Shown here one piece after another: positions 7,567 to 15,877 of a stretch of 64,000 nucleotides of DNA (the stretch's first letter is position 1; every line of letters starts with the position of its first letter). Origin of the DNA: a virus (lineage: Duplodnaviria > Caudoviricetes); IMG/VR virus record IMGVR_UViG_3300044634_000910, positions 16,435 through 80,434 of that record; one strand, written 5' to 3'. A model generated the notes under the pieces. It did no database searches. It saw nothing but the letters and a program-made list of their open reading frames with translations, and was not told the DNA's origin. A program made the translations under genes and the position numbers.

Positions 7567-9086
7567 TTTAGTCCCTCCAAAAATTGCCTATGATTTGTAC
7601 ATTCTGAAACTTTGTACTGTCTGTACTTGCTGTGATATTCATAGTTTTCTACTGCTTTTTTATACTCATCAGAAAGTTCTACATATTCTTTTGCAAGATT
7701 TTTATTAATTTTTTCTTGTGCTGAACCAATCAAAAACCAACTCTTAGAGTGCCAATGGTTTCCGTTATCTCGTGAACTTGGCATTCTTTTTTGCCAAGCG
7801 TCTAACTTTTTCTTTATTTTTTCTGGTGCATTTTCATATGAAAATTTGTTCCAGAATTTTGTATCTTTGCGTAGGGCCATGTAATGAAAATATATAAGGT
7901 CTAGAACATCATCATTCATATTTACAATAATCTTATTAAACTCTGCTCTTATTTCAGGAGAATTATTGGTTAGAAAGTCTGGACTACCAAATATCTCAGT
8001 CAATTCAACCATACTTACCCACAAAGAAGTCGCCTCAAGTGGCTCTACAAAGTTTGCTGCCAAGCCAACTGCTACACAGTTGTTTTGCCATGGCTCCTCA
8101 AATGCTCCTGGGCTAAATTTAAAACCACCCTTATCTTTTCTTGGATAGTGAGGAACAAAGCCTAAGAAATCTTCAATCTCTTTAATTGCTTCTTCTTCTG
8201 ATATCAGAGACGAGTCATAGACATAGCCACAACCAAACCTTGTCTGTAGAGGAATCTTCCACATCCATCCATATTTCATTGCAATTGCTTCTGTATATGG
8301 TGGAATTTCTTCTGTCATATCCAAGAAAAATGGAATTGCAGAATCTGTTGGCAAAAATTCTTTATAACTTTTCCATTTAGAGTTAAAGGTTTTTCCAATA
8401 ATTAGCCTATGAAATCCACTACAATCAAACACAAAGTCGCACAGAATATTTGATCCACCATCTAAGTCCAAACTGATTACATTATTGTCTTTATCTAAAT
8501 GAACATTAGTTATTGTGTCCTCAAATACTTCAATACCTCTTTCAAGACCTATCTCTTTAAATCTTGCTGCAAGTTTTGTAGCATTAAAATGAAAAGATGT
8601 ATAGCCTATCTTTTTATAATCTGAAAGAGTATTCCCATCTTTATTTTTTTCAAGAACAAAAGGAACTTTATTTTTTTCTGAAACTATTTCTGTAAAGTCT
8701 ATATCCCTTACATTATTATTTAATACAATGCTTGAGACCATCATTGGGCTTGCAGACAAGAACCGAGAAGAAAGTGCCTCTGTTCCAAGAGCATTGTCCG
8801 TAAATGCAAAACCATGATAATAAAAGTCATTTTCGTTATTCCAATTTGTAAATTTAATTCCATTTTTTATTGTTGCATCACAATTTTTTACTAAGTCTTC
8901 AAAAGTTATATCTAAGGTTTCTAAAAATGCAGGTAAGTATGGTGTGGAGCCTTCTCCTGCACCCAAGATACCAATATCTTTTGACTCTATTACAATAACA
9001 TTTAGTTTTGGATACTTCTTTTTTGCGGTCAACGCCGTAAGCCATCCAGCACTTCCTCCACCAACAACAACTATATTCTTTGTCAT
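7563..9086 (-). CDS. Tryptophan halogenase family flavin-dependent enzyme
   Basis: GGGSAGW, GAGEGS, ATIKNGIKF (catalytic Lys position), DCSGF, GWMWKIPLQ (WxWxIP), FVEPLEAT. Confidence 0.9.
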   Translation of the reverse strand: MTKNIVVVGGGSAGWLTALTAKKKYPKLNVIVIESKDIGILGAGEGSTPYLPAFLETLDITFEDLVKNCDATIKNGIKFTNWNNENDFYYHGFAFTDNALGTEALSSRFLSASPMMVSSIVLNNNVRDIDFTEIVSEKNKVPFVLEKNKDGNTLSDYKKIGYTSFHFNATKLAARFKEIGLERGIEVFEDTITNVHLDKDNNVISLDLDGGSNILCDFVFDCSGFHRLIIGKTFNSKWKSYKEFLPTDSAIPFFLDMTEEIPPYTEAIAMKYGWMWKIPLQTRFGCGYVYDSSLISEEEAIKEIEDFLGFVPHYPRKDKGGFKFSPGAFEEPWQNNCVAVGLAANFVEPLEATSLWVSMVELTEIFGSPDFLTNNSPEIRAEFNKIIVNMNDDVLDLIYFHYMALRKDTKFWNKFSYENAPEKIKKKLDAWQKRMPSSRDNGNHWHSKSWFLIGSAQEKINKNLAKEYVELSDEYKKAVENYEYHSKYRQYKVSECTNHRQFLEGLK

Positions 9087-9289
9087 TACTTTCTTCCCCA
9101 TTGTATATAGTTCCATCCACGCTCATGTGCGTAGTAGATAAATACTTTAACTACCGTTTCCCAAAATGCAATCGTCACAGAGAGAGAAGCGTTTTTTGTA
9201 ATGACATAGGCAACAGCAACAGAGGAAAGCGTTCCCCATATGCGATAACTAAGTGCCTTAACAAATGACCTTGCCTTGGTTACTGTCAT
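9086..9289 (-). CDS. DUF2061-like small membrane protein
   Basis: RSFVKALSYR...YYAHERGW...WG. Confidence 0.8.
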   Translation of the reverse strand: MTVTKARSFVKALSYRIWGTLSSVAVAYVITKNASLSVTIAFWETVVKVFIYYAHERGWNYIQWGRK

Positions 9290-9489
9290 TCCTTGCCCCA
9301 CCTAACAGCATTCCAAATTCTTTCATGATAATAGTATGCCACAAAGTTAACCCCATTGGTTATTAGTGTAGCAATAGTAGCCAGACTAATATCTTCGCTC
9401 AAAGCATAAAGAGTCACAAACCCTGAAACCATTGCGACAACTCTCCATGTTAAAGACTTAACAAGTGATCTACTTTTCTTTACGCTCAT
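9286..9489 (-). CDS. DUF2061-like small membrane protein
   Basis: RSLVKSLTWR...YYYHERIW...WG. Confidence 0.8.
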   Translation of the reverse strand: MSVKKSRSLVKSLTWRVVAMVSGFVTLYALSEDISLATIATLITNGVNFVAYYYHERIWNAVRWGKE

Positions 9490-9554
9490 CTTTGTCTCCA
9501 AACATTATTCGCTCTTCTGCTTCGTTCATTAAGCGACCAGACTCTTCTAAATAA

Positions 9555-10316
9555 TTAAAGACCCAACTGCTTGCGTTTTTCAGTAGCCGATATAGCATGA
9601 ATGTCTGCCCCCAAATCCACTTGCTCAATCTTGTATCCTACATCACGACCATATACAATGTTGGTAATGTTTGGTAGTCTTAATACCAATGCACCATCCA
9701 TAAAGTCGTCCTTGGCAATATATTCCTTTACCTGATCAAACTTAAGAGGATCCTTATCGCTTGTATTGTAGGTATTACGGACTCCAAGCAGTACTTGGTC
9801 TGTTCTCTTCCCTGCCTCTTTATAAAGGGCGTGGTGGCCCTCGTGCCAGGGCTGGTACCTACCCAGCATAAGTGTTGTAGGTGCAGACCAATCATGAAGA
9901 CTAAACTTATCGATGATGTGAGATGCCTTTGCTTCTGCATCTAAGTTGTGACTAATAAAAGATACATCTGCATTGGTTGGTCGTTCAAACATTTTGTTTG
10001 TGTCTTCGAATCTACCCTCAGCAATAGTGTCCATGAATACTAAAATGTCTGGCTTGCCAAATGCTGCACGAGTTAGATCTGTTGGGCATACAAAGTCAAC
10101 AATTACTGAAGCAACGCCTTGCTTAGCAATAAGCCTTGCCATCTCTCCCATACGACGAGCCTGCTCAAGTCTGTCCTCTGGTGCAAACCCCAAGTCTGAG
10201 TTGACTGTTGCACGAACCTCATCTGCATTAAGATGAATAGCATTAATGCGTTCTTTAAGTGCCTTTGCTAATTCTGTTTTACCAGAACCTGGTAGTCCAA
10301 TAATTTGAATAATCAT
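9555..10316 (-). CDS. Adenylylsulfate kinase-like domain fused to HxGH nucleotidyltransferase
   Basis: N-terminal GLPGSGKT, LNADEVR, DLGF..EDR, VDFVCP; C-terminal GRYQPWHEGH. Confidence 0.8.
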   Translation of the reverse strand: MIIQIIGLPGSGKTELAKALKERINAIHLNADEVRATVNSDLGFAPEDRLEQARRMGEMARLIAKQGVASVIVDFVCPTDLTRAAFGKPDILVFMDTIAEGRFEDTNKMFERPTNADVSFISHNLDAEAKASHIIDKFSLHDWSAPTTLMLGRYQPWHEGHHALYKEAGKRTDQVLLGVRNTYNTSDKDPLKFDQVKEYIAKDDFMDGALVLRLPNITNIVYGRDVGYKIEQVDLGADIHAISATEKRKQLGL

Positions 10317-10876
10317 TTTTTCCCTATTTCTATGTTTGGCATAATATCAATCAATAAATGCACTCTATCTATTTTACTACCATTCTTTACAAAATGAGTT
10401 CTTGAGTTATTGATTTCCCAGCATTCCCCAGTACCCATCTTAACTTGTTCATCACCTACGCCAAAAAATACATCATCAGAAGTCACAATTGGTATGTGAT
10501 TTCTTTTTGAAAGCATAAGATAATCTCCTGAGTCATGGTGTGGTGCTATGTCCTGACCTGCCTTTAACTTAATCAAAAGTACCATACCTCTAACTCCGTC
10601 TTGTGTTTTTTCAAGGTCTGACACTATTGGCTCAAGCAGTTCAAGCAAATTCTTGTCGTTGGATGTAGTCTCAGTGGCAAACTCACTACCCTCTTTCCAA
10701 CGAAGGTCTGCAGTATAAACAAAATATGAGTTTGTATCTTTATGAACATAGTGCTTATCTTGCCTTGATGTGTTAAGAAACCATTCTTTAGAAAAACTAT
10801 CTATGTAATTTTTGATTGGCTCAACATCATATTTTCCATGATGCTTAAAATTAAAGTCTTCCAATGTTTTTCTCAT
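10313..10876 (-). CDS. Aspartyl/asparaginyl beta-hydroxylase-like 2OG-Fe(II) oxygenase
   Basis: IAPHHD...HIPI...GECWEINN...H.V.N...RVHLLID. Confidence 0.85.
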   Translation of the reverse strand: MRKTLEDFNFKHHGKYDVEPIKNYIDSFSKEWFLNTSRQDKHYVHKDTNSYFVYTADLRWKEGSEFATETTSNDKNLLELLEPIVSDLEKTQDGVRGMVLLIKLKAGQDIAPHHDSGDYLMLSKRNHIPIVTSDDVFFGVGDEQVKMGTGECWEINNSRTHFVKNGSKIDRVHLLIDIMPNIEIGKK

Positions 10877-11457
10877 TTTTTCTCCAGGGTTTTACTAAAA
10901 TCTTTAGAATATTCAAAGTTTATGAAATCAGAACTGTATAGTTCCTGAGTCATATCTATTGCTTTTTCTGTGTAGTCTTCCATATATGATTCTACCACAT
11001 AGTTTCCTAAATTATAAAACCCAAGTGTCCACCCAAGTTCATTCTCTAACTCTTTTAAGTTTTCAAACCTATATAATCTATTAACCTGTAGGCTGCCATT
11101 ATCAATAATATAAAATGATTGTGGAAGATGCAATAGTGGGCTTATCGGAGATATATTGTTTTGCCTAATATTGTCTAAATATTTTACAAAAGATATATCT
11201 GTCTTGTTAACCTTATTAAATTGCTTATAACAACTATAAGTCCTTGTGTATGGATTTCTTACAACAGAAAAAGAAAAAACACTCTCATCAATTTTGTTTG
11301 CTTCCTTTAGATAGGAATAAGGGTCATGGTGTCTTGGCCATGCCCTATTCCAGTTATCTAAATTATTATCGTTCAGCACCTTAGAGATGGACGAGCCAGC
11401 AGTCTTTGGGATGTGAACAAACAAAACGTGAGAATATTGCTTTTCTTTTATAAGCAT
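10873..11457 (-). CDS. Sulfotransferase family 2 protein
   Basis: FVHIPKTAGSSI, VRNPYTRTYS, PQS, RFENL, Y..DF..F.Y. Confidence 0.85.
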   Translation of the reverse strand: MLIKEKQYSHVLFVHIPKTAGSSISKVLNDNNLDNWNRAWPRHHDPYSYLKEANKIDESVFSFSVVRNPYTRTYSCYKQFNKVNKTDISFVKYLDNIRQNNISPISPLLHLPQSFYIIDNGSLQVNRLYRFENLKELENELGWTLGFYNLGNYVVESYMEDYTEKAIDMTQELYSSDFINFEYSKDFSKTLEKK

Positions 11458-11463
11458 ACTAGT

Positions 11464-11691
11464 TTAACTAACTAGTTTTTGTCGCTCATCAAGTACCGTC
11501 AAAGCAAAGGACATCATCTTCTTGTACCCATCTTTGTTGTTCATGATGTTGTTGTAATGGTGACCACAAAATAGCAGGTATCCGCTAATACCAGAGACCT
11601 TTACCAAAGCCTCAGCGTTGCACCTATCGCATCGATCTGCTGGAGATAGTTGCCACTCTTGCCTTACTTCATCTTTAACCATTGTAAACAT
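11464..11691 (-). CDS. Small zinc-finger protein
   Basis: ADRCDRC...LLFCGHH. Confidence 0.65.
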   Translation of the reverse strand: MFTMVKDEVRQEWQLSPADRCDRCNAEALVKVSGISGYLLFCGHHYNNIMNNKDGYKKMMSFALTVLDERQKLVS

Positions 11692-11695
11692 TATA

Positions 11696-11881
11696 CTACC
11701 GCTTTCTGTTATCAGTGGAATAAAATCCACTACCGTTGAATACTGCTCCTATATTAGAGTATACACGAACCAGAGGCAGATTGCAAGTTTCGCAATCGTA
11801 CCCTGGATCGTCTTCTTTAATTGATCTTTCTTTTGTATACCTTTGACCGCAAGGCATACAATCGTATTCGTATAATGCCAT
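11696..11881 (-). CDS. FmdB family zinc-ribbon protein
   Basis: YEYDCxxC...CxxC..L.RVYS...FNGSGFYSTD. Confidence 0.85.
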   Translation of the reverse strand: MALYEYDCMPCGQRYTKERSIKEDDPGYDCETCNLPLVRVYSNIGAVFNGSGFYSTDNRKR

Positions 11882-11885
11882 TATG

Positions 11886-11993
11886 TTATTTCTTTTTCTT
11901 TTCTTTTATATACCAAACAGGCAGTTTTAGTTCATCTCCAGACCATTCATAGCCTAAAGCCTTTACAACAAACTTAATAATTTTAATACGCAT
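11886..11993 (-). CDS. Small hypothetical protein (35 aa)
   Basis: Manual translation MRIKIIKFVVKALGYEWSGDELKLPVWYIKEKKKK; fills the gap. Confidence 0.45.
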   Translation of the reverse strand: MRIKIIKFVVKALGYEWSGDELKLPVWYIKEKKKK

Positions 11994-12211
11994 TATTTTA
12001 CCTTGTGTCCAAACTTTGCCCAGACTCTCTCATGTAGGTAATAGAATGTCATTTCTAATGCCATGTATGAAAGTGCATATAGTCCAACATACTCCCATTC
12101 AGCCTCACCATAAATTATATGGCTTGCTGCAAATAAAATTCCAGCAACAAAAGTAAAATGTACAAATGGCCAACTGATTGTTTTTAGTAGTGATTTCTTT
12201 TTAGATTCCAT
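11993..12211 (-). CDS. DUF2061-like small membrane protein
   Basis: KSLLKTISW...YYLHERVW. Confidence 0.75.
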   Translation of the reverse strand: MESKKKSLLKTISWPFVHFTFVAGILFAASHIIYGEAEWEYVGLYALSYMALEMTFYYLHERVWAKFGHKVK

Positions 12212-12858
12212 TATAGAGCCACTGGACCCTTTCCTCCGCCACCAGATGACTTCTTTGCAGTAGGCTTAATTTCCTTTGGTTCTGCCTTCTTAACTGGTGC
12301 TGCAGAGGTTGCAGATGTAACAATCTTATTTAATAGTGGAGCATTCTCTTCACCAGTGTAAACTGGACGGCCCCAACCAACAACAGCGTTAACCAACTTC
12401 TTCTTGTTGTTCTTTACATATGCACGAGTCTTCTCTACGCACATTCCGCCGTTGCGCTGATCTCCCTTTGCAGTTCCTGAAGTGTTTCCTTCAATAACTT
12501 GAATAGTTCCATCACCATTATTCTTAATGCAAAGACCAACATGTGAAATGCGATTTACACCATCTTCTGGGAAATCAAAATAGATCCAGTCTCCTGGAGT
12601 TGGATCATCATTACGAGCATCTGACCAACGCTCAGCCTTCTTAAACCAGTCTGCTGCTGCTACTGTTGATGCAGACTTAGGGAATGACTTTACCCCCGCA
12701 GTAAATGCTGACCAAGAAACAAACGATTGGCACCATGGTTGGAAGTTTACCTTAATCCATGCACCGTACTTTGTTTCGTTATCCTTTGGGCCTTCAATTG
12801 TGCCCACTTCTTTCTTTGCAACCTCAATGATTGCTTCTACTGATCCTTTTGCTGCCAT
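12211..12858 (-). CDS. CHAP-domain peptidoglycan hydrolase (endolysin)
   Basis: QPWCQSFVSW, PGDWIYF, SHVGL, IEGNT; strong AAGGAGG RBS. Confidence 0.88.
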   Translation of the reverse strand: MAAKGSVEAIIEVAKKEVGTIEGPKDNETKYGAWIKVNFQPWCQSFVSWSAFTAGVKSFPKSASTVAAADWFKKAERWSDARNDDPTPGDWIYFDFPEDGVNRISHVGLCIKNNGDGTIQVIEGNTSGTAKGDQRNGGMCVEKTRAYVKNNKKKLVNAVVGWGRPVYTGEENAPLLNKIVTSATSAAPVKKAEPKEIKPTAKKSSGGGGKGPVAL

Positions 12859-12914
12859 TTTATTCCTCCTTGTAGGTATGACAATATAATTATATCATGA
12901 CAGGGTATGCCCAT

Positions 12915-13517
12915 TTATAGGGATTGCCATCTCAAATATTTTCTGTATCCTTCTAAATCTACTACATTTGGATCTACCCACCAATCCTCATGGTACTCTC
13001 TAACAACCAGTGAGTAGCCAAGTGAATCTAAAATCTCTCGTTGGGCATCTCTTATTGCAACATTTCTCCAATACATATTTGCATCATGCTCAAATGAAAT
13101 AACTGTAAATCTATACTTATTTAATGGGACAGCAATAAGTCCGTGCAAAGATTGATGGGCATTCCCATCAGGTCTTCCATTGAGTTTGTATCCAGAGTCA
13201 ATGTCTACCTGCAAATAATCAATCTGCTTTGGAAATCTATTTTCTTCAAAGTATCTCACATAATCAAATTTTGTTGCATCGCCAAGAATACATGGGTTCT
13301 TTCTATTTTCTGAAACTTCTTTATGCAATTCTGGAACAATTTCAAAAGACACACCCTTCCAGTCAAACTCTGTTTCTAGTCTATATGTGTTACTTCCTTT
13401 TACAGAATGATATGCTCCAAGTTCTACATAGTACCCGCCAGTTTTTTTGTCTAATAAGTCTATTACAAATTCTTCTTGTCTGCTTGTTGGTGCAACCTGC
13501 ATTGTTATCCCTTTCAT
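12915..13517 (-). CDS. FkbM-like methyltransferase
   Basis: YVELGA...SNTY.LE...WKG, IDYLQVDID, FTVISFEH. Confidence 0.75.
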   Translation of the reverse strand: MKGITMQVAPTSRQEEFVIDLLDKKTGGYYVELGAYHSVKGSNTYRLETEFDWKGVSFEIVPELHKEVSENRKNPCILGDATKFDYVRYFEENRFPKQIDYLQVDIDSGYKLNGRPDGNAHQSLHGLIAVPLNKYRFTVISFEHDANMYWRNVAIRDAQREILDSLGYSLVVREYHEDWWVDPNVVDLEGYRKYLRWQSL

Positions 13518-13527
13518 TGGTTTTGCG

Positions 13528-13600
13528 CTGCCCCACCTGGCCTCGATCCAGGGACATCCGAATTAACAGTTCGGCACTCTACCAACTGAGTTATAGGGCA
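13528..13600 (-). tRNA. tRNA-Asn (GTT), no encoded CCA
   Basis: Cloverleaf: acceptor TGCCCTA/TGGGGCA, D arm ACTC/GAGT, anticodon arm CCGAA-CTGTTAA-TTCGG, T arm CCTGG-ATCGAGG-CCAGG. Confidence 0.9.
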
Positions 13601-13604
13601 TTGA

Positions 13605-13631
13605 GGCAGTTTTAAGTCATACCAAGGACTT
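13605..13631 (-). other. H-type pseudoknot motif just upstream of the tRNA
   Basis: AAGTC-CTT-GGTA-T-GACTT-AAAAC-TGCC; same architecture as 1513-1542. Confidence 0.5.
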
Positions 13632-13635
13632 TTAA

Positions 13636-14529
13636 TTAGTTACGAGTATAAGATGTAGTGCCAATTAAAATCTTTGGAAGAGACAAGAGGTACTCTCCAA
13701 AAGTCTTATGTGTATTTCTATTTACATATGATGCTGCTGATACTGCAGTTGCTACAGAACTTCCAGCAGTTTCAATTGGTGAACCATTATACTTAGTAAT
13801 GCTTACTTTCCCAGGTGCAACCATATCAAGACCAGGACCTGTGTTGGTTAGTCCCTCAAGTTGAGTTGCGTTTCCAAGTGCTCCTACTCCAATAACACCG
13901 TTAACGCATGATGGAAAACCAACCACATCTTTTCGTCTATCATTTCCTGTTGCAGCGAACACTGGAATATTGTTTGCATTTAGAGATGCAACTGAATCAA
14001 TTACGACTGTACTTTTTGAGCATAGTGCAAGGTTGTTAGCACTTACTGAAGACTGACTAATTGATAAAGCATCGATGCTGTACTTTGATGCATTCTTTGA
14101 TACCCAGTCAATTGCTGAGGTTAGTGCTCTTACATCTCCTCGTGAGTTTCCAAGACTTGTAACATCACTAAATCTAATAAAAACAATCTTTAGATTTGGA
14201 TTAACTGTTAGTGCAGCCTTTACCATTTGGTCTCCGTGAAAAGTTGAATTGTTAAGATCAAAGTTGGTGCTGTTCTTTTGCAAAGGCCATGGTGCGGATG
14301 CTGCTCCTGGACCTTCCATAAATAGTTCTCCGTTAGGACATGACATGTTCTGAGTAACAATCTTAGACTTTACAGTAGTAAAGCAAACCTCATGAATAAT
14401 TGATGGAAAATTCTTTGCATTAATTGCTGTGTCAATAATTGCCAAGACTCTTTCATCTTGTGCTTGTGCTGGTGCAATTGCTGTAAATGCAAGTGCGATT
14501 GTTAGTAGTGATAGTAGTACTTTCTTCAT
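13636..14529 (-). CDS. Secreted subtilisin-like (S8) serine protease
   Basis: Signal peptide MKKVLLSLL...AQA; IIDTA (Asp), FHGD (His), AATGND (oxyanion), AGSSVA (Ser). Confidence 0.8.
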   Translation of the reverse strand: MKKVLLSLLTIALAFTAIAPAQAQDERVLAIIDTAINAKNFPSIIHEVCFTTVKSKIVTQNMSCPNGELFMEGPGAASAPWPLQKNSTNFDLNNSTFHGDQMVKAALTVNPNLKIVFIRFSDVTSLGNSRGDVRALTSAIDWVSKNASKYSIDALSISQSSVSANNLALCSKSTVVIDSVASLNANNIPVFAATGNDRRKDVVGFPSCVNGVIGVGALGNATQLEGLTNTGPGLDMVAPGKVSITKYNGSPIETAGSSVATAVSAASYVNRNTHKTFGEYLLSLPKILIGTTSYTRN

Positions 14530-14546
14530 TGTTTTCTCCTTGTTTA

Positions 14547-14765
14547 TTATTGTTTGATTTTTAAAACTACTTGGCAAGGGTCTCCGCCCTCTTCCCATTC
14601 TTGCTGTTCTTCATCTGTCATATAGGGATCTCCCTCATGAGTGTTGCAGAACGGCTCTGTTACCCATCCCCGCTCAATTCCATTTTCAAGCCAGATCTCA
14701 AACTCATCAAAGTCTGACTCTATGTTCTGAATGTCCTTTAGGATCTCTTCAAATTCTTCGCTCAT
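14547..14765 (-). CDS. Acidic hypothetical protein
   Basis: ORF track; leaderless after TATACT. Confidence 0.65.
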   Translation of the reverse strand: MSEEFEEILKDIQNIESDFDEFEIWLENGIERGWVTEPFCNTHEGDPYMTDEEQQEWEEGGDPCQVVLKIKQ

Positions 14766-14780
14766 ATTATAAGTATACTC

Positions 14781-15305
14781 CTAAGCGCTTATGATGTCAA
14801 CTGGTCCCATGCAGGATGGGTTAAATTTAATTGCTGCAGATACTGCCTGTTGTACTCTATTCCTTGCATTTTTTTGTTTGTCTGTTGCATACATTACTCC
14901 ATATGCATACTCTGAACCAGAGCCAATAGAAATATATGGCAATGAGTATTTAGACAAAGACATATCTCCAGAACTATGCTCGTATATTTCTCCACGAATA
15001 CCAATAATCAAACTAAGTTCTCCATCTTTAGATGTATCAATCCAAAACTCGTTATAGAATTCACGAAGTTCTTTAATGAACTTAGTATGCATATACTTAT
15101 CTGTGTCTTTAATGTTAGGTGCTGATGGTCTAAAGTTGTGTCTAATTCTGTCACCATCCATTGATCCAGCGTATCCGATTAAATAAGGTCCAACTTTCCA
15201 AACCTTTGGTGATTCAAGTGCAAGGATTACTCCGTCATCTGATGCTCCACGATCTCCAGCCATATAAATCTTTTCTTCATGGCGTAAAGCAACAATACAG
15301 GTCAT
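14781..15305 (-). CDS. Ntn-hydrolase (proteasome beta/HslV-like) protease
   Basis: N-terminal MTCIV (Thr nucleophile), AGD, K at conserved position, IGSGSEYA. Confidence 0.82.
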   Translation of the reverse strand: MTCIVALRHEEKIYMAGDRGASDDGVILALESPKVWKVGPYLIGYAGSMDGDRIRHNFRPSAPNIKDTDKYMHTKFIKELREFYNEFWIDTSKDGELSLIIGIRGEIYEHSSGDMSLSKYSLPYISIGSGSEYAYGVMYATDKQKNARNRVQQAVSAAIKFNPSCMGPVDIISA

Positions 15306-15336
15306 GACAAAGCCCTCTCCAGATAGGTGATACTCA

Positions 15337-15366
15337 AGTATACCATTGCCCAGAGAGGGCTGTCAA
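15337..15366 (-). promoter_or_regulatory. Sigma70/sigmaA promoter inside an RBS-occluding hairpin
   Basis: TTGACA-18 nt-TATACT with TG extension. Confidence 0.75.
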
Positions 15367-15382
15367 CTAAGGTCAATAATGA

Positions 15383-15667
15383 CTAATTAGCCTTTTTGTC
15401 TACCGTCTTAAACGCATCATTGATTTCTGCCAATGTGAGTTTTCCATCGTCCAAAAAAGCCCTTGCCAGTCTTTCAATGACAGTTGCTACGCCTAATAGT
15501 CCTGCTAAGAATACTGCCTGTATTGTGTCAATTCCTACAACTGCTCCAGCACCAAGTACTGATAGACCAGAAGCAGCGAAAACTGCTACGATTCTCATCA
15601 AGATATTAGTGATTGCCTTTTGTGGGTGCTCCTTCTTGGGAGGCTCTACTACCTTTTTAGTTGCCAT
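15383..15667 (-). CDS. Putative holin-like membrane protein
   Basis: Two TM segments, C-terminal DDGKLTLAEIN; start at MATKK after AAGGAGG. Confidence 0.55.
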   Translation of the reverse strand: MATKKVVEPPKKEHPQKAITNILMRIVAVFAASGLSVLGAGAVVGIDTIQAVFLAGLLGVATVIERLARAFLDDGKLTLAEINDAFKTVDKKAN

Positions 15668-15669
15668 AT

Positions 15670-15876
15670 TTAGTCCTCCTTTCTTAGTGGGATTGTTATT
15701 AGCCAGATTACTGTGGTTGCAAGTACTGCAATACCAACAATGTCTCTTGCTGATCCCGTCAAAGTTAACCATGCTATGAAGAAGCCAAGGAGGGTAAAGG
15801 CTTGTGCGATTATTTCCACCCCTGCATCTTTTATCCATGTGAAGAATCCCTTCACAACCTTTTTGATTATTTTCAT
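15670..15876 (-). CDS. Small two-TM membrane protein
   Basis: Hydrophobic segments; GAGGAGG RBS. Confidence 0.65.
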   Translation of the reverse strand: MKIIKKVVKGFFTWIKDAGVEIIAQAFTLLGFFIAWLTLTGSARDIVGIAVLATTVIWLITIPLRKED

Positions 15877-15877
15877 A

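Noticed and set aside
9470-9600. Overlapping 42-aa ORF (MLYRLLKNASSW...) across the APS kinase stop
   Set aside because: Short, with no clear RBS or motif; insufficient support
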